From contig CAUQVC010000001.1 in the NCBI GenBank assembly GCA_963521715.1, forward strand, positions 6,179 to 70,178: 64,000 nt of DNA, in the 5' to 3' direction. Of this stretch, positions 39,551 through 49,068 are shown one piece after another (position 1 is the stretch's first letter; the number at the start of each line of letters is the position of its first letter). The notes below the pieces were generated by a model. That model was not told the origin of the DNA, ran no database searches, and saw nothing but the letters and a program-made list of their open reading frames with translations. Both the position numbers and the translations under genes were made by a program. The stretch comes from an uncultured Candidatus Saccharibacteria bacterium (lineage in GTDB: Bacteria > Patescibacteriota > Saccharimonadia > Saccharimonadales > Saccharimonadaceae).

Positions 39551-39829
39551 ATGATTATGAACAAGGTGCAAGCAAACGAAATCAACTTAACCACTAACGA
39601 GGCGCTGGTGCTGCAGCAAGTCTATGAAGACGGCGGTGATGAGGCGGCTATATTGGCGGCACAAATGGGCATACCACGTCGAACGGCGATGAATATACTA
39701 GCGGATTTGCGGCGTAAAGGTTTGATGGTGATCGACCAGGCCTATGGCGATGCTTGGGTGCGGCTGACCACGCGCGGCAAACGACTAGTGCAGCGAATTT
39801 GGCCGGAAGCGCAGGCGATAGTATACTAA
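39551..39829 (+). CDS. Small winged-helix (MarR-like) protein
   Basis: LAAQMGIPRRTAMNILADLRRKGL...VRLTTRGK; start may be 39557. Confidence 0.7.
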   Translation: MIMNKVQANEINLTTNEALVLQQVYEDGGDEAAILAAQMGIPRRTAMNILADLRRKGLMVIDQAYGDAWVRLTTRGKRLVQRIWPEAQAIVY

Positions 39830-39834
39830 AGAGT

Positions 39835-40368
39835 ATGAGATATATCCTGTTGCTTCGGGGAATTAATGTTGGTGGTAAAAACAAAGTTTCCATGAATGAC
39901 CTTAAAGCAAGACTCGAAGATTTGGGATATCAGAATGTCGTCACATATATCAATAGCGGTAACGTTATATTTAACACTAATGATGACCCGATGACAATAA
40001 AAGATAATATTGTTATCGTATTAGGGCGTTTTCCGTTTACCATCAAACACGTTATTTTGACGAAAGATGAGTATTTAGACGAAGTGTCTAACCTGCCAGA
40101 GTGGTGGCATCAAACCCTGGCACGAAAAGACGTATTGTTCTATACCGATGGCGTCGATTCTGAATATACCAAGGAACGGATCGGTCAAATGCCACTTCAT
40201 GATGAGATTGTTCATTTTGGTAAAAAGGCTGTCTTTTGGGGTAAATATACGGAGAAAGAATTTTTGCGTACCTCATATCACAAGTTACTAATGAAAGAAA
40301 AGTTTTACCCACTGATTACAATCCGCAATGGGCGAACATTTGACGCATTAGGAAAGATGCTGGGGTAG
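39835..40368 (+). CDS. DUF1697 family protein
   Basis: MRYILLLRGINVGGKNKVSM, TYINSGNV, TIRN; start moved from 39754. Confidence 0.88.
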   Translation: MRYILLLRGINVGGKNKVSMNDLKARLEDLGYQNVVTYINSGNVIFNTNDDPMTIKDNIVIVLGRFPFTIKHVILTKDEYLDEVSNLPEWWHQTLARKDVLFYTDGVDSEYTKERIGQMPLHDEIVHFGKKAVFWGKYTEKEFLRTSYHKLLMKEKFYPLITIRNGRTFDALGKMLG

Positions 40369-40371
40369 GTC

Positions 40372-41046
40372 GTGCGGATTTTACTAGTAGAAGATGATAT
40401 GGCAATTGCTCAGTCGCTGAAAGAAGGCTTGGAAGATGAAGCCTATGCGGTCGATGTGGCACATGACGGCGACGAGGGTTACCGGACGGCGACGGCGGAT
40501 GAGTATGATGTGATTATTCTTGATGTGATGCTGCCGGAAATGAATGGCTATGAAGTCTGCCGGGCGCTGAGAGGTGACGGCAATCAGACGCCGATTTTGA
40601 TGTTGACGGCGCGTGATGCTGAGCGGGATATTGTCGAAGGTCTGGACATGGGCGCTGATGATTATTTGGCGAAACCGTTTAGTTTTGAGGTATTGTTGGC
40701 GCGTCTGCGGGCTTTGCTACGTCGTCCGAATGAGAAGCTAGAAGAAGTCTTGCGGGTTGGTGATTTGATGTTTGATCCGAGTTTGAAAAAAGTAATGCGT
40801 GCGAACCAGGAAATTAGCCTGACCGCCAAGGAATACGGCGTTTTGGAATATTTGATGCGCAACGCTGGCAAGGTCCTGTCCAAAGAGCAAATCATCTCGC
40901 ACGTGTGGGATTTTGATGCCGACGTTTTGCCGAACAATGTTGAATTATTTATCATGTTTTTGCGGCGCAAAATCGACAAACCATTTGACTCAAAATTGAT
41001 CCACACCATCCCAGGCTTTGGCTATAAACTGGAGGACAAATCATGA
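40372..41046 (+). CDS. OmpR-family response regulator
   Basis: LLVEDD, LDVMLP, LMLTA, GADDYLAKPF, LRRKID, GFGY. Confidence 0.96.
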   Translation: MRILLVEDDMAIAQSLKEGLEDEAYAVDVAHDGDEGYRTATADEYDVIILDVMLPEMNGYEVCRALRGDGNQTPILMLTARDAERDIVEGLDMGADDYLAKPFSFEVLLARLRALLRRPNEKLEEVLRVGDLMFDPSLKKVMRANQEISLTAKEYGVLEYLMRNAGKVLSKEQIISHVWDFDADVLPNNVELFIMFLRRKIDKPFDSKLIHTIPGFGYKLEDKS

Positions 41047-42011
41047 AACAGCAGCGCGTCAGGCGGATAGCACTGAGCTATTTGGCGGTGATTATGACGC
41101 TGTCGCTAGCCTTTAGCGTGATTATTTATGCTATCACTTCTGTGCAATTAAATCGGCCGCTGCCGCCGGGCGAACATGCTCAGCAACCACCAGAGCTCGT
41201 CGAACGTCAGTTTAGTCGCCGCCTGGAGCAGCGCAATCGTGAGACGCGTGGGCTGGTTATTATGTCCTTGGTGGTTTTGAATGGCGCGATGTTGCTGGTT
41301 GGCTATTGGTTGAGTTTGTTGTTGGCGCGGCGGACTTTGGCGCCGATTGAGCGGGCAATGCGGGCACAGGTGCAATTTGTGTCGGATGCTAGTCACGAGC
41401 TGCGGACGCCACTGACGGCGTTGATGACCACCAACGAGGTGGCGCTACGCAAAAAAACGCTGGATGAGAAAAAGGCGAGGGTAGTTTTCCAGCGCAACAT
41501 TGACGAGGTTGAAAAATTGCGCGAGCTGACGGACAATTTGTTGCAACTTACCCAAGTCGATAATCAGCAGATTGAAAAACAGGCGGTCGATATGGCGAAA
41601 CTTGTCCGTGACACGGTTGATCGCTATCAGCCGGTGGCCGACAAAAAGCAAGTGGTGCTGGATGTGCAAGTACCGTCAGTAAATCATGTGGTCGCAGTCG
41701 TGGCGGTGACGCAAATTTTGGGTACGCTGATCGATAACGCCATCAAATATTCACCATCAGGCAGTACGGTAGTCATTCGGCTGGACGGGCAAACTCTCTC
41801 AGTCGTCGACCAAGGCATTGGCATTGCCAAACAAAACCAGGCAAAAATTTTCAACCGATTTTACCGTAGTGATGAAGCGCGCACGCGTGGGCATAATTCG
41901 GGCTATGGACTCGGGCTGGCTATCGCTAGGGCGGTGGCTGACAAAAACGGTTATCAATTGAGCGTCAAGAGTAAACTAGGCCAGGGTTCGACTTTTAGTT
42001 TACACTTCTAA
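41043..42011 (+). CDS. Sensor histidine kinase (short sensor loop)
   Basis: 2 TM, FVSDASHELRTPL, DNAIKYS, DQGIG, GYGLGLAI. Confidence 0.95.
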   Translation: MKQQRVRRIALSYLAVIMTLSLAFSVIIYAITSVQLNRPLPPGEHAQQPPELVERQFSRRLEQRNRETRGLVIMSLVVLNGAMLLVGYWLSLLLARRTLAPIERAMRAQVQFVSDASHELRTPLTALMTTNEVALRKKTLDEKKARVVFQRNIDEVEKLRELTDNLLQLTQVDNQQIEKQAVDMAKLVRDTVDRYQPVADKKQVVLDVQVPSVNHVVAVVAVTQILGTLIDNAIKYSPSGSTVVIRLDGQTLSVVDQGIGIAKQNQAKIFNRFYRSDEARTRGHNSGYGLGLAIARAVADKNGYQLSVKSKLGQGSTFSLHF

Positions 42012-42021
42012 GGCTTTGGTT

Positions 42022-42046
42022 GACTGCTTATAAGTGAAGCGGTTTT
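42022..42046 (+). terminator. Terminator-like hairpin after the kinase gene
   Basis: GACTGCTT...AAGCGGTT followed by TT. Confidence 0.5.
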
Positions 42047-42125
42047 AAATTTGATCTGGTGGCGTAAAAACCTACCATGTTATATACTTAAACCATAGCA
42101 AATGATGACTATAAAAGGAGTCGTT

Positions 42126-43031
42126 ATGAGTGACACTTCACCGCTGATATTACACGGGCTGACCAAGCGCTTTGGTCATAAGCTGGCAGTCGACAATGTA
42201 TCGCTGGAGCTGCATGAAGGTGAGGTGTTTGGTTTTCTTGGGCCGAATGGTGCGGGTAAAAGTACAACGATTCGATCGGTGATGGATTTTTTGAGGCCGA
42301 CGGACGGCTGGATAGAATTGCTGGGTGGACGGGATTCCGCGGAACGAACAGCCCTTCATGATCAGGTTGGGTATCTAGCGGGCGACATCGCCCTGTATGA
42401 AACTATGACTGGCCGGAAATTGCTGAAATTTTTGGCGCGGACAGGTCGGAAGGTTGATTGGCAATATGTTGATGAGTTAGCTGAGCGTTTTGAGGCAGTG
42501 CTGGATCGACCGATTCGCCAGCTTTCCAAGGGTAATCGTCAGAAAATTGGTCTGATTCAAGCTTTTATGCACCGCCCGAAACTATTGATTTTGGATGAGC
42601 CGACCAGTGGGCTAGATCCGCTGATGAAGCAAGTATTTTACGATTTGGTGCGCGAAGTTTCTGGTCAAGGCTCGACGGTATTTGTCAGCAGTCACGATCT
42701 GGCTGAAGTGCAAAAGATTTGCCACCGTGCTGGCTTTATTCGCGATGGAAAATTGATTGCCATTGAACACATCGTGACCATGAAGCACCTGTCAACACAC
42801 CGCTACATTGTGACCTTTGCTAAAAAACCGTCCCTGGCGGCAGCTAAAAAATTACCATCCATCACTGATGTTCAACACCGTGGCGACGAATACGAATTCA
42901 CCGTCAAAGGCGACGCAGCGGAGTTTGTCTCGTTCATCGCCGAATACAAACCAAAACTATTGCGCGAATCGGAGTTAGAACTAGAGGAATTATTCATGCG
43001 GTATTATGAAGGTGAGGAGGCAAAGCGATGA
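42126..43031 (+). CDS. ABC-2 type exporter ATPase
   Basis: GPNGAGKST, LSKGNRQK, LDEPTSGLDP, SSH; ATG behind AAAGGAG. Confidence 0.93.
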   Translation: MSDTSPLILHGLTKRFGHKLAVDNVSLELHEGEVFGFLGPNGAGKSTTIRSVMDFLRPTDGWIELLGGRDSAERTALHDQVGYLAGDIALYETMTGRKLLKFLARTGRKVDWQYVDELAERFEAVLDRPIRQLSKGNRQKIGLIQAFMHRPKLLILDEPTSGLDPLMKQVFYDLVREVSGQGSTVFVSSHDLAEVQKICHRAGFIRDGKLIAIEHIVTMKHLSTHRYIVTFAKKPSLAAAKKLPSITDVQHRGDEYEFTVKGDAAEFVSFIAEYKPKLLRESELELEELFMRYYEGEEAKR

Positions 43032-43807
43032 TGTGGCAAACGGTGCGGCAAAATTACAAGTTGCCACTGTTTTTGGGTATTGGTGTTAGTGTTGTGGCAG
43101 TGTTGTTTTCGGCGCTGTTCAATAAATTTAGCGATCAATTAAGTCCGTTTGTCAGCATGATGCCGGCTGGCATGAAAGCGGTGGTTGGTGATTTGGCGAT
43201 TGGCACCACGCCAGAAGGCTGGCTGAGTATTGAGCTATTTCCACTGGTGGCGATGGTCGGGGTGGTGATTACAGCGATTATTTTGGGCGCTGGGATGATT
43301 GGCCGGGAAGAAGATTCAGGGACACTGGAGTTGCTGCTCGCTAGTCGACGGACTCGCGTGACGATTGTACTGCAAAAATATGTGGCGATGGCGGGGTTAT
43401 TGGTGATTCCTCCCGTGCTGTTATGTATGGCTATTGCGTTCATCGGTCCGCTGTTTGACTTTCATCCAAATCTCGCGCACGTTGTCGGGGCTTGTGTGAG
43501 TTTGTGGTTTTTGGGGATTAGTTTTGGTAGTCTCACCTTTGTCACTCAGGCAGTGACAGGTAGGCGAGGGCTGGCTGTCGGCGCTGGTAGTCTAATTTTT
43601 CTAGCAATGTACGCCCTGTCGATTACCGCCAAGCTGATCGAAAGCTGGAAAGATTACGACGTTTGGTCGCTCATTCATTATTACAATATTCCGGGGACCT
43701 TAATGGACGGGTTGGACTTAGGAAAATTGGTCGTTTTGGTTTGTGTGAGCTTGGTGGCTCTTGGTGTGGCGGTACTCGGATTTTATCGGCGAGACACGGG
43801 AGTGTGA
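43028..43807 (+). CDS. ABC-2 type exporter permease
   Basis: EEDSGTLELLL, 6 TM, ends FYRRD. Confidence 0.88.
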   Translation: MMWQTVRQNYKLPLFLGIGVSVVAVLFSALFNKFSDQLSPFVSMMPAGMKAVVGDLAIGTTPEGWLSIELFPLVAMVGVVITAIILGAGMIGREEDSGTLELLLASRRTRVTIVLQKYVAMAGLLVIPPVLLCMAIAFIGPLFDFHPNLAHVVGACVSLWFLGISFGSLTFVTQAVTGRRGLAVGAGSLIFLAMYALSITAKLIESWKDYDVWSLIHYYNIPGTLMDGLDLGKLVVLVCVSLVALGVAVLGFYRRDTGV

Positions 43808-43895
43808 TAGGGCGACTGCCGTTGTATGACCTGGCATAAATCTGTTTGATGATATCGCGCAATAGAGTATATATTTTAAATGTTATAATTCCCAT

Positions 43896-44906
43896 ATGGA
43901 AACTTTGTCTAATCGCAACAAGCTACTAACCGCCAGAGCGCTTCAGTGTGCGGCAGCGGAACTCGGTGTCGACTCTTCCGACCTGCGAGTTACGCCAGTT
44001 AGTGGCGGCTTTTCGCGTAATCGCCGCGCCTTGGTGTCGGCGGGCGATCGGACAATTTTTGTAAAAGAAGTTGATGTTGATGTACTGCCTGATGATGGCG
44101 AGCGGGAATTAGCCTGGCTGAAAAAAGATTATGAAGTGATGCGGATGTTGCAGGAAATTCACCCGCAATACGTGGCTGATCAGATTACGCTAAGCGATGA
44201 TGGGCACGTGCTGATGACAACCAGTTATGCGTCAGCCGACGGTTGGTTGTGGCAACCACCAGCGGAAAAATCTGTGGCCAAGCGATATATTTCAGCAGTA
44301 GTAACAGCAACTCGAGAGCTGGAACAAACAGAGCTGCCGCACGCGGTGATTGAGGAGCTATATCTACAGCCATTTGTAGCGACAGAACTCGGCCTGGATG
44401 ACGGCATTGACCGGGTTATTGCTGATGCTGATATTCGCCGTCAGCTGATCAATAACTACCAAACATTATTGCCGGATCAGTCAGAAGTTAACCAGCGGCG
44501 CTGCCAGAAGATGATGGAATTACTCAGTAGGAGCGATGAACTAGCCGATATTTCGGTGCGTGCCAAACAATTCGCCAAACAGCCAGAAGATTGCTTTAAC
44601 CACAGTGATGTTCGCAGTGATAACTTGGCGTTTCATCCGCAAACTGGTGAGTTGAAATTGGTTGATTGGAATTGGGCTTCTTATGCGCCGCGAAGGTCTG
44701 GGGCAACGGAGTTTCTGGTTGACATAGCACGCCATGGTCAGGATGTAACGCCATGGCTAGACGAACTAAACACAGAAATGCTGGCGTCATTTGTTGGGTT
44801 TTATCTTATCCGCAGCCTCAAACCACCGCTCCAGCCAGGCGATACTCTTCGCCAAATGCAGGCACTGTCAGCCGTCACCGCTTATGATTTGTTGGAGCGT
44901 ACATGA
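43896..44906 (+). CDS. APH/choline-kinase-family phosphotransferase
   Basis: SGGFS, FVK, HSDVRSDNL, LVDWNWA. Confidence 0.75.
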   Translation: METLSNRNKLLTARALQCAAAELGVDSSDLRVTPVSGGFSRNRRALVSAGDRTIFVKEVDVDVLPDDGERELAWLKKDYEVMRMLQEIHPQYVADQITLSDDGHVLMTTSYASADGWLWQPPAEKSVAKRYISAVVTATRELEQTELPHAVIEELYLQPFVATELGLDDGIDRVIADADIRRQLINNYQTLLPDQSEVNQRRCQKMMELLSRSDELADISVRAKQFAKQPEDCFNHSDVRSDNLAFHPQTGELKLVDWNWASYAPRRSGATEFLVDIARHGQDVTPWLDELNTEMLASFVGFYLIRSLKPPLQPGDTLRQMQALSAVTAYDLLERT

Positions 44907-45442
44907 CAACCTCTCATCCGCTAATCATTCTCCGCGGTAATTCTGGCTGCGGTAAAACCAGCACGGCACGCTTGCTCCAGCGTCAACTAGGTTACGGCAC
45001 TATGTTGGTGTCGCAGGATATGGTGCGGCGGGAAATGCTACGCGTGAAAGATAGCGAAAGTAACCCGGCAATTCAGCTGATTTATGATCTGTGTATGTAC
45101 GGCAATAACGTTGGTTATACGGTGATTTTGGAAGGTATTTTGAGTAATAAAAAGTACGGTGAAATGCTACATCGGTTGCTGAATGATTTTCAGGGCGAAA
45201 AATTGATTTATTATTTTGACATATCATTTGAAGAAACGGTGCGTCGCCACGCCACAAAGCCAAACGCTCGTGAATTTGGTGTATCGGAAATGCGCCAGTG
45301 GTGGAAAGATCAAGATGTTTTGGGCGTACCAGGTGAGCAGCGAATTGGCGAACAGCTGGCTCAGGCAGAAATTGTTGATACGATTCGCCGCGACATCTTG
45401 GCGTTATCAGAGGGAGCAAATACTTTCGCATCTCACATGTAA
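44903..45442 (+). CDS. P-loop (AAA_33-type) small-molecule kinase
   Basis: ILRGNSGCGKTS, QDMVRR, ILEG, RRHATK. Confidence 0.8.
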   Translation: MTTSHPLIILRGNSGCGKTSTARLLQRQLGYGTMLVSQDMVRREMLRVKDSESNPAIQLIYDLCMYGNNVGYTVILEGILSNKKYGEMLHRLLNDFQGEKLIYYFDISFEETVRRHATKPNAREFGVSEMRQWWKDQDVLGVPGEQRIGEQLAQAEIVDTIRRDILALSEGANTFASHM

Positions 45443-45461
45443 ATAATACAATGTATTTTCG

Positions 45462-45516
45462 TTGACAGACGCTATATATCGCGTGTATATTCTATAGTAA
45501 GCACTACATATGGTGT
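45462..45516 (+). promoter_or_regulatory. nrdD promoter with tandem NrdR boxes
   Basis: TTGACA 45462; ACGCTATATATCGCGT (45469-84) and GCACTACATATGGTGT (45501-16), 32 bp apart. Confidence 0.8.
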
Positions 45517-45600
45517 TTTAGAAAATAAATAACGTTTTTTGCAACACGCACCCCTCGGGGAGGTTGGGGTCTGTTTGTTGTTGTCATAATAAGGAGGGGT

Positions 45601-47730
45601 ATGTACAAATCAATCAAAAAACGCGATGGTCGAACCGTCAAATTTGATCGCAAAAAAATCGAAAAAGCCATTGAAAAAGCGGGCCTAGAGACTGGCGAAT
45701 TTGACAAAAAAACTGCCAAGAAACTAACCGAGAAAGTATTGGCGGTGTTGGAAGCTCGTAATCAAAAACAGTTGCCAGATGTTGAAGATATCCAGGATAT
45801 CGTCGAGGATATTTTGATTGATTCTAAGTTTAAGAAAACTGCCAAGGCCTACATTATTTACCGTGACCAGCACAAAAAATTGCGCGAAATTACATCCAAC
45901 GCGCATGTTGATTTGATCGATCAATATATTGGTAATCTGGACTGGAAGGTAAATGAGAACTCCAACATGGGCTACAGCCTACAGGGTTTGAACAATTACG
46001 TCTCGGCAGAGGTTACGAAGACTTACTGGTTGGACAAAATCTACACGCCAAAGATTGGTCAGGCGCACAAAGAGGGTGATTTGCACATTCACGACCTGAA
46101 CCTCCTCAGTGTGTACTGTGTTGGTTGGGATTTGACTGATCTGTTGCAAGAAGGTTTCACGGGTGTTGCCGGCAAGGTGGCATCCAAGCCAGCCAAGCAT
46201 TTTCGTTCGGCATTGGGTCAGGTAGTGAACTTTTTCTACACCTTGCAGGGTGAGGCAGCTGGTGCTCAGGCATTCTCTGATTTTGATACACTGCTGGCGC
46301 CATTTATTCGCGCTGATAAATTGAACTACGGTGAGGTTAAGCAAGCGTTGCAAGAATTTGTCTTTAACGTTAATGTGCCAACACGAGTTGGTTTCCAGAC
46401 GCCATTTACGAACATTACACTTGACCTGGAATGTCCAAAGCATATGGCGGATAATCCAGTGATCATCGGTGGTGAGATGCAGGACTCCACTTACGGCGAT
46501 TATCAAGAAGAAATGAATATGCTCAACAAGGCGCTACTCGAGGTCTTGTCTGAAGGTGATGCTAACGGCCGCGTCTTTACCTTCCCAATTCCAACGGTTA
46601 ATATCACCAAAGATTTCAACTGGGACAATCCAGTGATCGAAAGCCTGTGGGAAGCCAGTGCTAAATACGGCATTCCATACTTCTCAAACTTTATCAATTC
46701 TTATATGGATCCAGAGGATGCCCGCTCAATGTGCTGTCGCCTGCGCATCGATAATCGTCAGCTGGAATACCGCGGTGGTGGACTATTTGGTTCAAACCCA
46801 ATGACTGGCTCGGTTGGTGTGGTCACTATCAATTTGCCACGCTTGGCGCTGAAATCAAAGAACGAGAAAGAGTTCTTCAAAGGTCTGAGCGAATTGATGG
46901 ATATGGCGAAAGATAGCTTGGAAACCAAGCGTAAGGTATTGGAGCGATTGACTGATGCCAACCTCTATCCATACACCAAGTTTTACTTGCGTAATATCAA
47001 GCAGCGATTTAACCAATACTGGAAGAATCACTTCTCAACCATCGGTTTGATTGGCACCAACGAAGCGGCGTTGAACCTGCTGGGCGTTGACATTGGTACT
47101 GAGAAGGGTAAGGCGTTTGCCGAGAAAACGCTTGACTTCATGCGCGACAGACTGGTTGAGTATCAGAAAGAGACTGGTAATAATTACAATTTGGAAGCGA
47201 CGCCAGCTGAAGGCACGACCTACCGTTTGGCGCAGATTGACAAAGCTAGCTTCCCTGACCGAGCGCACTTTGCCAACGGTTTGGGTGCGGAAGTTAAACA
47301 TCCGTTCTATACCAACTCCAGCCACTTGCCAGTTAACTACACCGATGATTTATTCGAGCTGATGGATTTGCAGGATAACTTGCAGACCAAATATACGGGC
47401 GGTACGGTGATTCACTTCTTCTTGGGTGAACGGATGGACGACCCGCAGACGCTGAAAAAACTCGTGAAGACGATTTGCGAAAATTACAAATTGCCGTACT
47501 TTACCTTTAGCCCAAGCTTTAGTATTTGTAAAAATCACGGCTACTTGGTTGGCGAACATCCAACCTGCCCAAGCTGTAGTGAAGCGACCGAAGTTTACTC
47601 ACGTGTGGTTGGCTTCTTGCGTCCAGTTTCTCAGTGGAACAAGGGTAAGCAGGCTGAATTTGACATGAGGGAGCATTATGACGATGCCGCCGAACACCAG
47701 CGAGCTTGCGCCGTCGCTGTCCCAGCTTAA
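45601..47730 (+). CDS. nrdD: Anaerobic (class III) ribonucleotide reductase with ATP cone
   Basis: IKKRDGR ATP cone, HIHDL, RSMCCRL, LEATPAEG, CKNHG...CPSC, YSRVVGFL glycyl-radical motif. Confidence 0.97.
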   Translation: MYKSIKKRDGRTVKFDRKKIEKAIEKAGLETGEFDKKTAKKLTEKVLAVLEARNQKQLPDVEDIQDIVEDILIDSKFKKTAKAYIIYRDQHKKLREITSNAHVDLIDQYIGNLDWKVNENSNMGYSLQGLNNYVSAEVTKTYWLDKIYTPKIGQAHKEGDLHIHDLNLLSVYCVGWDLTDLLQEGFTGVAGKVASKPAKHFRSALGQVVNFFYTLQGEAAGAQAFSDFDTLLAPFIRADKLNYGEVKQALQEFVFNVNVPTRVGFQTPFTNITLDLECPKHMADNPVIIGGEMQDSTYGDYQEEMNMLNKALLEVLSEGDANGRVFTFPIPTVNITKDFNWDNPVIESLWEASAKYGIPYFSNFINSYMDPEDARSMCCRLRIDNRQLEYRGGGLFGSNPMTGSVGVVTINLPRLALKSKNEKEFFKGLSELMDMAKDSLETKRKVLERLTDANLYPYTKFYLRNIKQRFNQYWKNHFSTIGLIGTNEAALNLLGVDIGTEKGKAFAEKTLDFMRDRLVEYQKETGNNYNLEATPAEGTTYRLAQIDKASFPDRAHFANGLGAEVKHPFYTNSSHLPVNYTDDLFELMDLQDNLQTKYTGGTVIHFFLGERMDDPQTLKKLVKTICENYKLPYFTFSPSFSICKNHGYLVGEHPTCPSCSEATEVYSRVVGFLRPVSQWNKGKQAEFDMREHYDDAAEHQRACAVAVPA

Positions 47731-48421
47731 GGTGGCGATCGGCGGGATTCAGAAGCTGTCGCTGGTGGACTATCCAGGGCACGTGGCGGCAGCACTGTTT
47801 CTCTCCGGCTGTAATATGCGCTGCGGTTATTGCCATAATCCCGAGTTGGTACTGCCCGAACGCTTGGCGCCGAGCATCCCGGTCGAGGAAGCGATGATTT
47901 TCCTGAAATCGCGCATTGGTCGGCTAGACGGCGTGGTGATTTCTGGTGGCGAGCCGACGGTTAACGAGGATTTGCCGGTGCTGTGCCGGATGATCAAGAG
48001 CCTCGGCTTTGATGTCAAACTGGATACTAACGGCACGCATCCTGACATGGTGCGCGGCATGATCAAGGAGGGGACGATTGACTTCATCGCTATGGATGTT
48101 AAGGGTCCTCTAGAAAAATACGTGGAGATTGCGGCGCGGCCGATTGATCTCATGGCAATCAAAGCTAATGTGCGGCTGATGATTGATTCAGGAATTGGTC
48201 ATGAATTTCGGACGACAATCGTTCGCGAGCAGCTAGAGATGGCGGATTTTGAAAAGATCGGCGAGTTGGTCAAAGGAGCTAAACGCTTTGCCCTGCAGCA
48301 TTTTCGCACCGGTACCACCATTAGCCCGAAGTTTGCCAATTACCACACTTTCACTGACGAAGAATTTAGGGCTGCCCAAAACATAATGGAAAGGTATGTC
48401 GAAGAATGCGTGATTCACTAA
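47678..48421 (+). CDS. nrdG: Anaerobic RNR activating radical-SAM protein
   Basis: SLVDYPG, GCNMRCGYCHNP, SGGEPT, KLDTNG, EFRTT. Confidence 0.93.
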   Translation: MTMPPNTSELAPSLSQLKVAIGGIQKLSLVDYPGHVAAALFLSGCNMRCGYCHNPELVLPERLAPSIPVEEAMIFLKSRIGRLDGVVISGGEPTVNEDLPVLCRMIKSLGFDVKLDTNGTHPDMVRGMIKEGTIDFIAMDVKGPLEKYVEIAARPIDLMAIKANVRLMIDSGIGHEFRTTIVREQLEMADFEKIGELVKGAKRFALQHFRTGTTISPKFANYHTFTDEEFRAAQNIMERYVEECVIH

Positions 48422-49068
48422 CTGTCGAAATTGTGCGGGTGCGCCAGGAAAACCCTGAGGTGACAACGCTGTATGTTGCGCGGCCGTTTGACTTTATGGC
48501 GGGGCAATATATCACAGTGTTCATTGAGGGCAGCCAGGTGCGCGAAGGCAAGGCCTATAGTATTTCTTCGCGCCCACACGAGGACTTAATGTCGATTACT
48601 GTGAAAAATATTGGCGGTGAATTCTCCAGCTATTTGTGTTCGCGTAAAGTTGGCGACACGCTGCACATTAGCCGGGCATACGGCGATCTCAATCCGCAGA
48701 CTGAGCGGCCGCTAGTCGGCATCGCGGCGGGGTGCGGGCTCAGTCCGATTTGGAGTATTTTGGCGGACGCCAAGCAGCCGACTTTTCTCTATTTGAGCCA
48801 AAAATCGCCAGAATATATGGTGTTTACCGAGGAGTTAGCGGCCTCATCCATCCAGGTCAATAAGTTTAGTACCCGCCAGCAGGTTGAGGAAACAGATGGT
48901 TGGCGGAATGGGCGGTTTGAGGTGGCGAAAATCGTCGCTGAAACGCCGGACGATGCGCACTTTCTAGTCTGCGGCAGCTTGCCGTTTGTACGCGATGTTT
49001 GGCAAAAACTAACCGCCGCTGGTGTTAATGAATCGCATATTTCAACGGAGACATTTTTTGAGCAATGA
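48406..49068 (+). CDS. Ferredoxin/flavodoxin-NADP+ reductase-like flavoprotein
   Basis: AGQY, AYSISS, GGEFS, AAGCGLSP, VCGS..FV, ETF. Confidence 0.85.
   Translation: MRDSLTVEIVRVRQENPEVTTLYVARPFDFMAGQYITVFIEGSQVREGKAYSISSRPHEDLMSITVKNIGGEFSSYLCSRKVGDTLHISRAYGDLNPQTERPLVGIAAGCGLSPIWSILADAKQPTFLYLSQKSPEYMVFTEELAASSIQVNKFSTRQQVEETDGWRNGRFEVAKIVAETPDDAHFLVCGSLPFVRDVWQKLTAAGVNESHISTETFFEQ

Noticed and set aside
45520..45600. Known riboswitch (e.g. cobalamin) in the nrdD leader
   Set aside because: The leader is too short and has no recognisable aptamer consensus; only a generic hairpin
47678..47730. 53-nt nrdD/nrdG overlap as a programmed frameshift or fusion
   Set aside because: Both proteins are complete, and nrdG has its own GAGGGAG RBS before ATG 47678
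45601..47730. Intein or intron in nrdD (also checked dnaA)
   Set aside because: Protein lengths are normal and motifs contiguous
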